From the NCBI RefSeq assembly GCF_000025505.1, contig NC_013849.1, forward strand, positions 990,001 through 1,022,000: a stretch of DNA of 32,000 nt, given 5' to 3'. Origin of the DNA: Ferroglobus placidus DSM 10642 (GTDB lineage: Archaea > Halobacteriota > Archaeoglobi > Archaeoglobales > Archaeoglobaceae). This document shows, one piece after another, positions 18,891-27,994 of the stretch. How positions within the stretch are numbered: the first letter of the stretch is position 1; every line of letters starts with the position of its first letter. The notes beneath the pieces are model-generated. The model saw only the letters and a program-made list of their open reading frames with translations. It did not search any database and had not been told where the DNA came from. The position numbers and the translations under genes are program-made.

Positions 18891-20038
18891 AGTTCCTCCC
18901 GATTTTACCCCTTCTTGAAAAATACCCTTTTTTAAAGCCAGCAAGACACATAGCCGGAGAAGCTTACCACGAGGAGGCTTTGAAAGAAGCTGAAAAGTTT
19001 CTGAGATTTGTTTTTCTCAACGAGAGGTACGAGAAAAGCTTTGAGGACTACAGCCTTTTGTGTGAGGCTTGCGAAGACAAGAGCTGTGCAAAGTTCTGTA
19101 AGAGCGAAGCTATTAAGAACGAAAGAATCTGGCAAAAGTGCAATTTATGCGGAGTTTGCTTTGAAAATTGCAGCTATACGACGAGATTGGAAGATTACTC
19201 CCGTTTACTCGCGAGAGCGAAAATCTCGGTAATGTCCTATGTCTATTGCAGAGCTGCGGTTTCGAAAAGCGAGGTAGCTTTAAGAAAATTTGCAGTGAGA
19301 GCAGCTGAGTACTACAAGAGCTTGATGGAAAAAGACGGCTACGACAAACTTCCGGAAATTATGGCTGCAAACTTTTCCATAAAATACAAGGACGGCTTAG
19401 TGCACGTAAAAGATTACTTAAAAGCTGCTGTAAGGCTTAAAGCCCCAGAGTGGAAGCTCTATTCGAGACCCCTAAACGGAGGTTTCGTGAAGGTAAGCAG
19501 AAGCGAGTTTTTCAGAATAGTTGAGGAGTATTTGAGGGAAAAGCTCTCCGAAAAGGTTAGCTACGAATTTGAAGGAATGGAAAAACTCCTCAAAATAGTA
19601 TTCGAATTCGAAAGCAGGAGGAAAGAGATGGATGTGGAAGGCGTGAAGAATGCCGAATGCTATCCGCCGTGCTTCAAAAGAATAATCTCCGACTTAAAAG
19701 CCGGAGTTAACGTTCCCCATTCGGCAAGATTTGCTTTAGCAAGCTTCTTGCTTAAGATAGGGCATTCGGTCGATGAGGTTCTTCAGATTTTCTCCTACGC
19801 CCCGGACTTTGACGAGGAGAAAGCGAGATATCAGGTTGAGCACATCGCCGGGATGAGGGGGAGCGGAAAAGAATACGAGGTTCCTTCCTGCGAGACTATG
19901 AAGACTTACCACAACTGCTTCTCCGATTGCAAAACGAAGCATCCGATGGAATACTACCGGAGGTGCGTCCGTGAAAGTCTTAGAAGAGGTAAAAAGGGGA
20001 AGGCAGCTGGAGTTAAAGCTCGTTCCGGAAAGCGTTGA
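18887..20038 (+). CDS. priL: DNA primase large subunit PriL
   Basis: C-terminal Fe-S domain blocks ECYPPCF, VPHSARFALASFLLKIGHSVDEV, YQVEHIAG and PSCETMKTYHNCFSDC. ATGA overlap with pcn. Carries an extra Cys-rich insert (see findings). Confidence 0.88.
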   Translation: MKFLPILPLLEKYPFLKPARHIAGEAYHEEALKEAEKFLRFVFLNERYEKSFEDYSLLCEACEDKSCAKFCKSEAIKNERIWQKCNLCGVCFENCSYTTRLEDYSRLLARAKISVMSYVYCRAAVSKSEVALRKFAVRAAEYYKSLMEKDGYDKLPEIMAANFSIKYKDGLVHVKDYLKAAVRLKAPEWKLYSRPLNGGFVKVSRSEFFRIVEEYLREKLSEKVSYEFEGMEKLLKIVFEFESRRKEMDVEGVKNAECYPPCFKRIISDLKAGVNVPHSARFALASFLLKIGHSVDEVLQIFSYAPDFDEEKARYQVEHIAGMRGSGKEYEVPSCETMKTYHNCFSDCKTKHPMEYYRRCVRESLRRGKKGKAAGVKARSGKR

Positions 20039-21002
20039 GGATCTCTGGCATCTGAAATACATCCTCGAAAAAGGCGACATCGTTTTCTCCCTAACGAAAA
20101 GGGTTAGCGAGAGCTCCGACAAGCTCAGGAGCGATAAGGAGAAAGTGACCGTTAGAATTGGAATAGAAGTGGAAAAGGTCGAATTCCAAAAGTTCTCCAA
20201 CAGGCTGAGGATAACAGGGAGAATCGTAGCTGGAGTGGAAGATTCCGGCTACCATACAATAAGCATAACTCCGGGAAAGGAGCTGACGATAATAAAGAGC
20301 TGGAAAAAGGAGCAGCTCGAAAGGCTTAGGTATGCGGTTGAAGCTTCAGAAAAGCCAGAGGTTGTAATCGTCACGATCGAGGAAGGAGAAGCAGTGATAG
20401 GAGTGCTAAGACAATGGGGGGTTGATGAGGTTGCAGAGATCAGAAAAGGTTACGCTAAAGATTTGCAAAGTTTGAGGGGTGAGTTTTTTTCAGAGGTCTA
20501 CTCGGCTTTAAAAAACCTGAACTTCGAGTATCTTGTTATAGCTGGACCGGGATTCACCAAGGAAGACTTTGCAGAGTTTTTGAAGGAGAAAGACAAGGAG
20601 ATAGGAGAAAAAATCGTGCTCTGCGACACCTCCTCAATCGGCGTGAGAGGGTTCGTTGAGGTTTTAAAAAGAGGGGTCATCGACAGAATCGCTGGTGAGA
20701 TCAGACTTTCGAAGGAAGCGGAGCTTCTCGAAAAGTTGATGGAGGAAATTTCTAAAGATGGTTTGGCGGTTTACGGACTGGAGGAGGTTAAAAAAGCCAA
20801 GGACTACGGAGCTATAGATACACTCCTAATCGCAGACGAGTTTTTGATTGAGGAGCGAGAGAAGTGGGACGTTGACGAGTTTTTGAGGGAAGTTGAAAGC
20901 ATGGGTGGAAAGATAGTAGTCTTTTCTTCCGAGTTCGAGCCAGGAAAAAGGTTGATGGCTCTTGGGGGAGTTGCCGCTCTTTTAAGGTTTAAAGTTGATT
21001 GA
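19971..21002 (+). CDS. pelA: mRNA surveillance / ribosome rescue factor pelota (Dom34 homologue)
   Basis: MKVLEE...LVPESVEDLWHLKYILEKGDIVFSLTKRV and DKLRSDKEKVTVRIGIEVEKVEF, with an eRF1-like C-terminal part. The start overlaps the priL 3' end by 68 nt. Confidence 0.93.
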   Translation: MKVLEEVKRGRQLELKLVPESVEDLWHLKYILEKGDIVFSLTKRVSESSDKLRSDKEKVTVRIGIEVEKVEFQKFSNRLRITGRIVAGVEDSGYHTISITPGKELTIIKSWKKEQLERLRYAVEASEKPEVVIVTIEEGEAVIGVLRQWGVDEVAEIRKGYAKDLQSLRGEFFSEVYSALKNLNFEYLVIAGPGFTKEDFAEFLKEKDKEIGEKIVLCDTSSIGVRGFVEVLKRGVIDRIAGEIRLSKEAELLEKLMEEISKDGLAVYGLEEVKKAKDYGAIDTLLIADEFLIEEREKWDVDEFLREVESMGGKIVVFSSEFEPGKRLMALGGVAALLRFKVD

Positions 21003-21029
21003 GGAAAAGTCAAGTATTGATAATTAAAA

Positions 21030-21058
21030 TTTTTTCCACAAAACCTATAGCTGTTTTT
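21030..21058 (+). terminator. Oligo-T tracts downstream of pelota (T6 at 21030-21035, T5 at 21054-21058)
   Basis: Archaeal RNAP terminates at oligo-T runs. These are the first such runs after the stop at 21002. Confidence 0.35.
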
Positions 21059-21066
21059 GGATTTTA

Positions 21067-21955
21067 ATGTCGATTCCGGCTATAGGACACGAAGCTTTCT
21101 TCGAAAAAATGATTCCACGCTTGGAAGAAGACATGATAATTAGCCTTTTCCAGCCAACTACGGTTCACTTATGCTGAGGAAGATGCTTGGAGAAAGAGAG
21201 GAGGTTGTTAAAATTATCGTTGGAGGGTGATAACCGCTCCCTACGGAACAAGGTTAATAGAGCCGGGAAAAGTTGACTGCATGATAAGAGCCTACAAGCT
21301 CAGAGGAGACACTTTACAGTCTTCTGACTGGAAAGAATTTTAAAAAAAGCAGAAAGATTTGCCAATACTGGCAACTGCAAAAATTGAGCAGACTGATACT
21401 GTCTTAGGTGTTGGACTCGAAAATCAGAATCCCGTCGTTCACGTTCCGGGATCTATTCTAAACGTTGGAGCGATGGAAGTTTCCCAGAGAGAGGATGTGC
21501 TCGGGGTTAAGAAAGGAGAGTGGTCCCTCTACAAACACGGAATGAGTCCGGCAGTCGTGAGGGTTATCGAGAAGTATTACGAGGAAGTAAAAAAGATCGC
21601 AAAAGCTATCGGAATCAGCCTGATCGAATATTCCAAGGAGCAGTTCTACCACAAACACACGATAATGAAGGAGAGTTTCATAGCTCCATTCTACGAAGCT
21701 TCACCGATAATGGGGATAAAGGGTCCGCTAAGCGTGGAAGACCGATATTTCACGGAAGATATTCCAGTTGGAGCCTTAACAGCTTGGAGGCTTGCCAAAA
21801 AATTTGGAGTAAGTGTACCAACGATAGAATCGCTTATTCGCCTCGGCTCCATAATATGTCAGAGAGACTTCTTCAAAGAAGGAAGGAGACTTGAAGATTA
21901 CGGAATAGAAGGCATGACAAGAAGCGAACTTTTAAGCTACCTTAAGGGTGCTTGA
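21067..21955 (+). pseudogene. Decayed NAD/NADP octopine/nopaline dehydrogenase-family (Octopine_DH) gene
   Basis: Family-like segments are split across frames. They are 21067-21177 (SIPAIGHEAFFEKMIPRLEEDMIISLFQPTTVHL, ends TGA), 21171-21230 (MLRKMLGEREEVVKIIVGG, ends TGA TAA), 21236-21343 (APYGTRLIEPGKVDCMIRAYKL..., ends TAA) and 21359-21955 (helical domain with NPVVHVPGSILNVGAME and EDRYFTEDIPVG). The N-terminal Rossmann GxGxxG part is absent. Confidence 0.7.
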
Positions 21956-21990
21956 AGCCAAAATTTTTGAAGATCTACACTTGACAAAAA

Positions 21991-22002
21991 TTTTTTAAAA
22001 AC
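21991..22002 (+). promoter_or_regulatory. Putative TATA box of the Liv-type ABC operon
   Basis: TTTTTTAAAAAC lies about 45 nt upstream of GTG 22042, with SD GGGAGGTGA at 22029-22037 in between. Confidence 0.35.
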
Positions 22003-22041
22003 TTAATGAAAGATAATTACAGTCTTCAGGGAGGTGAAGCT

Positions 22042-23304
22042 GTGAAAACTCTTAACATATTAGTGATCTTCTCAGTGCTGCTGGCAACATTTACTTTTGG
22101 ATGCGCAGAGGAGAAGGAGAAGGAGCCGATAAAAATAGGCGTTCTCGCTCCTTTAACCGGAGCACCCGCAAGAGCTGGAAATGCTATGGCGAACGCTGCT
22201 AAAATGGCTGAAGAAGACATAAACAAGAAAGGGGGTTTGTTAGGAAGACCAGTTAAGATAATCGTTTACGACACGGAGGACAAGCCAGAAACGGGGAAAC
22301 TTGTAGCTGAGAGGGCAATTCTCCAGGACAAGGTCGTTGCTTTGGCTGGAATTTTCAGGAGCGAGGTTGCAATGGTAGTTGCTGAGGTGGCAGCGGATAA
22401 CAAAATACCGCTCATCGTGAGTACAGCCCAAACTCCAGCCTATGCGAAGCTCGTTGAAAAGGATTACAACAGGTACAAGTACCTCTTCCGATCGACAACC
22501 AACGCAACCATCCTCGGAAACCAGCTTACAAACTTTATAATGGACTATTTGGCTCCGAAGTACGGTGTTAAAAAGATCGCTTTTCTGACGGAAGACGTTC
22601 TCTGGGCAAGGGGACTGACTAAAATAGAGACTGAAAGGTTAAAAGCGAGAGGATTCGAAGTTAAAAGCTGGCTTGTTCCATTAGGAGTTACAGAGCTTCC
22701 AGAAATGAAAGAAATGGAAGAATGGGGAGCTGACGTCATCTTCCCGGTGTTCTCCTCCGATAACGGATACCTCGTCACTAAGACGTGGCACGATTTGAAG
22801 ATAAACGCAATACTCCTCGGAGTTAACAATCCGATAGCAAGTCCAGAGGCTTGGGAGAAGACTGAAGGAAGATGCGAATACGAAACCACCGCTTTTGCAA
22901 GCGTTGTCATAAAGTATCCGGTCACCGACGAAGTCGTGACGTGGACAGAAAGGTACGTCAGCAAGTATGGAGTCGAGGGAATAAATCAGGCAGCAGATGT
23001 CTATGAGTCTTTGCAAGTTTTGTTCCAAGCTATAGAGAAGGCTGGAACAACCGATGCTGACAAACTCGTTGAAGTTCTTGAGAACAACGAGTTTGAAGTG
23101 TTAAGAGGAAAGATAAAGTTCAGCAAGAAGAACCACGACCACATGGCTTGGCTTGGACCTCCTTACAAGATAGAATCTCCTCTCGGCGGACCAATTGGAC
23201 AGTGGCAGCTCGTTAATGGTGAGCCAAAAGTTGTTGTCGTTTGGCCTGAGGGAATCGGAAACCCGGATGACTGGAAGATGCCTCCATGGGTGAAGATAGA
23301 GTAA
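22042..23304 (+). CDS. ABC transporter substrate-binding protein, branched-chain amino acid (LivJ/K, PBP type 1) family, lipobox-like signal
   Basis: Signal peptide VKTLNILVIFSVLLATFTFGC followed by EPIKIGVLAPLTG and GGLLGRPVKIIVYDTE, typical of Leu/Ile/Val-binding proteins. GTG 22042 has a perfect SD. The track ATG 22006 abuts the putative TATA box. Confidence 0.85.
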   Translation: MKTLNILVIFSVLLATFTFGCAEEKEKEPIKIGVLAPLTGAPARAGNAMANAAKMAEEDINKKGGLLGRPVKIIVYDTEDKPETGKLVAERAILQDKVVALAGIFRSEVAMVVAEVAADNKIPLIVSTAQTPAYAKLVEKDYNRYKYLFRSTTNATILGNQLTNFIMDYLAPKYGVKKIAFLTEDVLWARGLTKIETERLKARGFEVKSWLVPLGVTELPEMKEMEEWGADVIFPVFSSDNGYLVTKTWHDLKINAILLGVNNPIASPEAWEKTEGRCEYETTAFASVVIKYPVTDEVVTWTERYVSKYGVEGINQAADVYESLQVLFQAIEKAGTTDADKLVEVLENNEFEVLRGKIKFSKKNHDHMAWLGPPYKIESPLGGPIGQWQLVNGEPKVVVVWPEGIGNPDDWKMPPWVKIE

Positions 23305-24173
23305 AGATCAACCATGAACCTCTCAATTTTTTTGACGGAGTTTTCATCGGTTCCATATTTGCCATTGCTACAATTGGCTTGTCGTTTTTCTACACAACAA
23401 CCGGCGTTTTCAACTTTGCCCACGGAGCTTTGCTTATGCTCGGAGGATATCTAACCTACACAGCACTAACCCACCTTAAACTTCCTCTGTTTTTTGCTGC
23501 AATTTTCAGCGTTCTTCTTGTTGCATCTTTCATGACCGCTTTCTACTACCTCTCCCTTCTGCCGATAAGAAAGCAGCACATAACTTCCATAATAATAACG
23601 CTCGCCCTCCTTTTAATGCTCGAAAGACTGATAACTGTGCTGTACGGACCTTGGGGGCTTCCCTTTCCAACGTTTTTCCCGGGAGTCGTAAATTTCGCTG
23701 GAGTAGAAGTTAGTTTGCAAAAAATTTACGTAACGATCTCGAACATCTTGGTCATATTCGTTTTCTGGCTTTTGATTTCGAAGACTTGGATTGGTCTTGG
23801 AATTCGAGCGACGATAGATAACGAGGATGTGGCTGAAGCCCTTGGAATTAACGCAAGCAGAATGCATTTACTCAGCGTTTTCATTTCTTCAGCGATAACA
23901 GCGTTCGGAGGGATAAATATAGCAGCAACCCTCTTCCTTTCTCCCATCCTCATGTCCCAGATGAACGTAGTAGCGATAACAGTCTCCATATTAGCCGGGC
24001 TTGGAAGCATTTGGGGAGTTATCCCAGCTGCTTTCATTCTCGGCTTCGCTGACGTTATTGGTGCAACGATCTTCGGAGGATGGTTCAGATTCGTGAGTAT
24101 GACGCTTGTGGTCATATTGGTTCTTATAGTTAGACCGCGAGGAATATTCGGTCAGATGGAGAGAATAGTATGA
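23286..24173 (+). CDS. Branched-chain amino acid ABC transporter permease (LivH-like)
   Basis: The polytopic membrane protein has the LivH N-terminal block IGLSFFYTTTGVFNFAHGALLMLGGY. Operon context fits. Confidence 0.85.
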   Translation: MGEDRVKINHEPLNFFDGVFIGSIFAIATIGLSFFYTTTGVFNFAHGALLMLGGYLTYTALTHLKLPLFFAAIFSVLLVASFMTAFYYLSLLPIRKQHITSIIITLALLLMLERLITVLYGPWGLPFPTFFPGVVNFAGVEVSLQKIYVTISNILVIFVFWLLISKTWIGLGIRATIDNEDVAEALGINASRMHLLSVFISSAITAFGGINIAATLFLSPILMSQMNVVAITVSILAGLGSIWGVIPAAFILGFADVIGATIFGGWFRFVSMTLVVILVLIVRPRGIFGQMERIV

Positions 24174-25072
24174 AGGCTCGGTTTGCGTTGATAGCTTTGC
24201 TGTTAGCAGCCTATGCCGCTTATCCACTCGTTTCAGGAGACGGCTACATCATGAGAGTGCTGATTCTCGTGCACATCTTCGCAATATTGGCGGCAAGCCT
24301 CGACCTTATAGTAGGCTACACCGGACAGCTCACAGCCGGACACACAGCCATATGGGGTTGGGGAGCATACTTTGCAGCTTGGTCAATTTTATATTTCAAC
24401 GCCCCTCCAGCAGCATCTCTGTTCGTTTCAGCAGTTGTTGGAGCACTTCTTGGCTTTGGAATCGGAGTTCTTTGCCTGAGATTTAAGTATTTACTATTAA
24501 CGCTCGTTACATTTGCAATTTTAATTCTCTCATACGCCATAGCCAGACAGTTCACATCTATTACCGGCGGAGAACTCGGAATCCATGGCATTCCAAAGCT
24601 CTCCGATAACACACTCGTGATATTTTACGTGAGCTTTGCAGCTTTGATAGCCACGATATTAATCCTCCTTGCAATAACAAAATCAGAAATCGGGCTGAGA
24701 ATGAGGGCGATAAAGGATAGCGAAGAGGGGGCAAAGGTTCTTGGCGTGGATGTCGTTAAGTATAAAGTTCTCGCCAACGTTATAGGCTCAACTTTTGCTG
24801 GCTTTGCCGGAGGATTGTACACGACTTACATGGGAAGCGTTGGCTCGACGAACTTCTACGTGGATCACTTACTTAGACTGATACTCATGTGGGGGATAGG
24901 TGGTGGAGGAAGCATAATAGGTCCGGCAATTGGAGCTTACATCGTAATGCTGCTGTCAGAATACCTAAGAGTTATAGAGGAGTACCGTCTTATACTCTTC
25001 GGGGCGGCTTTGATAGTGATTCTTCGAGTTTTTCCCTCGGGAGTTTACGGTATTATAAGAAAGGTGCTGTGA
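24170..25072 (+). CDS. Branched-chain amino acid ABC transporter permease (LivM-like)
   Basis: Block LDLIVGYTGQLTAGHTAIWGWGAY, and MRAIKDSEEGAKVLGV. ATGA overlap with the upstream permease. Confidence 0.85.
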   Translation: MKARFALIALLLAAYAAYPLVSGDGYIMRVLILVHIFAILAASLDLIVGYTGQLTAGHTAIWGWGAYFAAWSILYFNAPPAASLFVSAVVGALLGFGIGVLCLRFKYLLLTLVTFAILILSYAIARQFTSITGGELGIHGIPKLSDNTLVIFYVSFAALIATILILLAITKSEIGLRMRAIKDSEEGAKVLGVDVVKYKVLANVIGSTFAGFAGGLYTTYMGSVGSTNFYVDHLLRLILMWGIGGGGSIIGPAIGAYIVMLLSEYLRVIEEYRLILFGAALIVILRVFPSGVYGIIRKVL

Positions 25073-25082
25073 GGGAAGGACT

Positions 25083-25775
25083 ATGGAAGTTCTCAGAGTT
25101 TCGAATCTCGTCAAGAGGTTTGAAGGTGTTGTAGCTGTGAACAACGTCAGCTTCTCGGTGGAGAAGGGGGAAGTAGTTGGAATCATCGGACCCAACGGAA
25201 GTGGAAAGACCACGCTACTGAACTTAATCTCCGGACTGATCAGACCGGATGATGGGAAAGTGTACATCAAAGGAGAAGCTGTTGATCCGAAACCCCACGA
25301 GATCGCTTTGAGAGGAGTAGGAAGAACTTTTCAGATTCCAAAGCTGTTCCATACTATGACAGTTCTCGAAAACATGCTCGTTCCGGTTGTAGAGGGTGAG
25401 GATAAGGGAAAAAAAGCAGAGGAACTTTTGAAGTTTTTCGAACTTTATCATTTGAAGGATGAACTGGCTGGAAACTTAAGTGGAGGGCAGCAAAAGTTAC
25501 TTGAGATCGCCAGAGTCATGATGCTCGATCCGAGCATTTTGCTAATGGACGAACCGTTTGCGGGGGTTCACCACAAAATTGTTAGAAGGATAGTTGATCA
25601 CATTAAAAAGCTTAGAGGAGAAAAGACTTTCCTGATTGTAAGCCACGATATGCACACAATCTTTGGATTGTGCGACAGAATGCTCGTGATGAACGAGGGG
25701 AAGGTGCTTGCAGAAGGGACTCCAGAGGAAATTAGAAGGAGTAAGGAGATAATAAAAATCTACTTGGGTGTCTGA
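25083..25775 (+). CDS. ABC transporter ATP-binding protein (LivG-like)
   Basis: Walker A GPNGSGKTT, signature [13 protein letters not shown] and Walker B LLMDEP. Confidence 0.9.
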   Translation: MEVLRVSNLVKRFEGVVAVNNVSFSVEKGEVVGIIGPNGSGKTTLLNLISGLIRPDDGKVYIKGEAVDPKPHEIALRGVGRTFQIPKLFHTMTVLENMLVPVVEGEDKGKKAEELLKFFELYHLKDELAGNLSGGQQKLLEIARVMMLDPSILLMDEPFAGVHHKIVRRIVDHIKKLRGEKTFLIVSHDMHTIFGLCDRMLVMNEGKVLAEGTPEEIRRSKEIIKIYLGV

Positions 25776-25776
25776 A

Positions 25777-26493
25777 ATGCTCAGAGTCGAAAACCTCTCT
25801 TCTGGCTACCACAAGGATATTAACGTTCTCAACGGAGTTTCACTTGAGGTTAAAAAGGGAACGATCACTTCCGTTCTCGGTCCAAACGGCAGCGGAAAAT
25901 CAACCCTTCTAAAGACAATCTACGGCTATCTAAAGCCTTTCAGTGGTAGAGTAATTTACAACGGAGAAGATGTAACAAACCTACCTCCCCACGAGAAAAT
26001 TAAAAAAGGAATAGCCTACATTTCCCAAGAGCACGGGATATTTCATTCTCTAACGGTGGAAGAGAATCTGAAAGCTGGAATGTGGATATACAGAAAGAAC
26101 AAAGAACTCGTAAAGGAGAAATTGAAAGCAGTTTACGACAGATTTCCAATTTTGAAGGAAAAGAGGAACGTGAAAGCAGGATTTTTGAGTGGAGGGCAAC
26201 AAAAACTTCTCCAGTTCAGCGTAGCTTTATTAAGTAATCCAGAACTAATACTCGTGGACGAGCCGACAGCCGGACTTTCGCCGATAGCGAGTGAAGAGGT
26301 GTACGAAATTTTGAAAGAATTAAAAAGAGAAGGTAAGACGATATTGCTCGTGGAACAAAACCTGAGAAAGGCTATAGAAGTTTCCGATTTCGCTTACGTG
26401 CTCGAACTTGGAAAAATCAGATACGGAGGAGATAGGGAGGACTTCGAAAGAGGGTTAAAGAGGATTCTTTCAGTCTGGGGGTTCGAGCTCTAA
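25777..26493 (+). CDS. ABC transporter ATP-binding protein (LivF-like)
   Basis: Walker [10 protein letters not shown], signature [11 protein letters not shown] and Walker B ILVDEP. ATG 25777 is preferred; GTG 25768 is the track start. Confidence 0.9.
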   Translation: MLRVENLSSGYHKDINVLNGVSLEVKKGTITSVLGPNGSGKSTLLKTIYGYLKPFSGRVIYNGEDVTNLPPHEKIKKGIAYISQEHGIFHSLTVEENLKAGMWIYRKNKELVKEKLKAVYDRFPILKEKRNVKAGFLSGGQQKLLQFSVALLSNPELILVDEPTAGLSPIASEEVYEILKELKREGKTILLVEQNLRKAIEVSDFAYVLELGKIRYGGDREDFERGLKRILSVWGFEL

Positions 26494-27638
26494 GGATTAC
26501 CAGCAACCGCTTTAAAGCCTTTTCCAGCGTAAAGCTTTTCTCTTAGTTTCAAAGCCACGTTTACGAGGCTAATAAGCACCGGCACTTCTATTAAAGGACC
26601 TATTACGGTTGCAAAAGCCTGATTGCTGTAAATTCCCCAGATCGCAACGGCAACAGCTATAGCCAGCTCGAAATCGTTGCTTGCGGCAGTGAAAGCTACG
26701 GCGGTAGCTTTAGGGTAGTCAACTTTAAGTTTGTAGGCGATGAAAAACGTGACGAACCACATTATGAGGAAGTAGAGGGTTAGGGGAATCGCAACCCTCA
26801 CGACCTGCATCGGTAGCTCCACTATGTACTCCCCCTTCAGCGAGAACATGATTACGATCGTGAAAAGCAACGCAGCCGGAGTTAGCAAACTTATCTTCGG
26901 AGCGAGGACGTTTTCGAACCACTCCCTTCCCTTAACTTTAAAGCTCCCGTATCTTGTAGTCACTCCCATTATGAAGGGGATTCCGAGGTAAATGAACACG
27001 GTTTTTGCCGCTTCAGCTATGCTTATATTGGCTTCAACCCCTTTAACCAATCCGAGAGCGTTGAGGGCGAGGGTGATGAAGATGTACATGTAGACAGCGT
27101 AAAATAAGATCTGAAAGATGGCGTTGAAAGCTACAAGCCCCACGGCAAGCTCTCTATCACCTTCTGCAAGCTCGTTCCATACAATCACCATGGCTATACA
27201 TCTCGCAAGTCCGACGAGTATAACTCCCACCATGAACTCGGGCATGTCCCTCAGCAGAGTTATCGCGAGGAGAAACATGACAACCGGTCCAACGATCCAG
27301 TTCTGAATAAGGGAGAAAGCGAGAAGCTTCAGATTTCTGAAAACCTTCCCCATTTCTTCGTATCTGACTTTAGCGAGAGGAGGATACATCATTAAAATTA
27401 AACCTATGGCTATTGGAATCGAAGTCGTGCCGATGCTTAACGAGCCAATAATCTCAGCTATTTCGGGATACACGTAGCCCAGTGCGATTCCGAAAATTAT
27501 GGCAAGGAATATCCAGAGGGTCAGATACTTCTCGATTATAGAGAGACCCTTTTTGTGTAGCGTGAGGTAATCTTCAGCCATCTCCTCAGCCTTTTCGATG
27601 TCGCGGACTATTTCCTTCTCCCACTCTCTGGGTTTCAA
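26490..27638 (-). CDS. acr3: Arsenite efflux permease, ACR3 family
   Basis: [23 protein letters not shown] and the ACR3 conserved Cys context [16 protein letters not shown] start at 27638 lies 5 nt after GGAGGTG and forms a TTGA overlap with the upstream AbrB-like gene. Confidence 0.88.
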   Translation of the reverse strand: MKPREWEKEIVRDIEKAEEMAEDYLTLHKKGLSIIEKYLTLWIFLAIIFGIALGYVYPEIAEIIGSLSIGTTSIPIAIGLILMMYPPLAKVRYEEMGKVFRNLKLLAFSLIQNWIVGPVVMFLLAITLLRDMPEFMVGVILVGLARCIAMVIVWNELAEGDRELAVGLVAFNAIFQILFYAVYMYIFITLALNALGLVKGVEANISIAEAAKTVFIYLGIPFIMGVTTRYGSFKVKGREWFENVLAPKISLLTPAALLFTIVIMFSLKGEYIVELPMQVVRVAIPLTLYFLIMWFVTFFIAYKLKVDYPKATAVAFTAASNDFELAIAVAVAIWGIYSNQAFATVIGPLIEVPVLISLVNVALKLREKLYAGKGFKAVAGNP

Positions 27639-27874
27639 GAGACCACCTCCTTTAGCAGAGGAGCTATTGCCCTGCTAACGACTTCATCCACGAGCTCAGC
27701 CTTAACCAAAATGAAGCAGCAAATCTCTCCGTTCTCATCGCATCCCGTTATTGCCACAATTCTGTCTCCGGCTTTAAGATTTGCTTTCTCCCTCAATTCT
27801 TTGGGAAGGAGAATTTGCCCCTTGCTGTCCACGGTCAGCACAGCTTCAATTTTCGTAGCTTTACAAGTTTTCAT
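27635..27874 (-). CDS. AbrB/SpoVT-domain DNA-binding protein (79 aa) with Cx6CC motif; putative regulator of acr3
   Basis: [23 protein letters not shown] is the looped-hinge-helix (SpoVT-AbrB) signature. ATG 27874 lies 27 nt downstream of an AT-rich TATA candidate (27895-27908). The 36 upstream codons of the 115-aa track ORF read like AT-rich promoter DNA. Confidence 0.7.
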   Translation of the reverse strand: MKTCKATKIEAVLTVDSKGQILLPKELREKANLKAGDRIVAITGCDENGEICCFILVKAELVDEVVSRAIAPLLKEVVS

Positions 27875-27994
27875 ACTTTTGAGAATTTTCCGAGAAATAA
27901 ATATTTTTCGAAATTTCAACCTATGTGTCTCGTCCGGTTTAGCGAATAAATAATAGCATTGGGCAAAGTTTAAACGATACATTTATTTCAGTGA

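Noticed and set aside
21044-21086. 8-bp inverted repeat CCTATAGC...GCTATAGG at the truncated 5' edge of the Octopine_DH relic
   Set aside because: The stem is short with a 27-nt loop and is easily expected by chance. The second arm lies inside residual coding sequence, and no mobile-element features accompany it.
22006-22041. Upstream ATG start for the substrate-binding protein
   Set aside because: ATG 22006 abuts the putative TATA box, and the perfect SD GGGAGGTGA lies downstream of it, 4 nt before GTG 22042. The signal peptide begins at the GTG.
27875-27982. N-terminal 36 codons of the 115-aa AbrB ORF in the track
   Set aside because: This segment (MYRLNFAQCYYLFAKPDETHRLKFRKIFISRKILKS) is AT-rich promoter-like DNA containing the TATA candidate. 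The AbrB domain begins right after Met37, so ATG 27874 is taken as the start.
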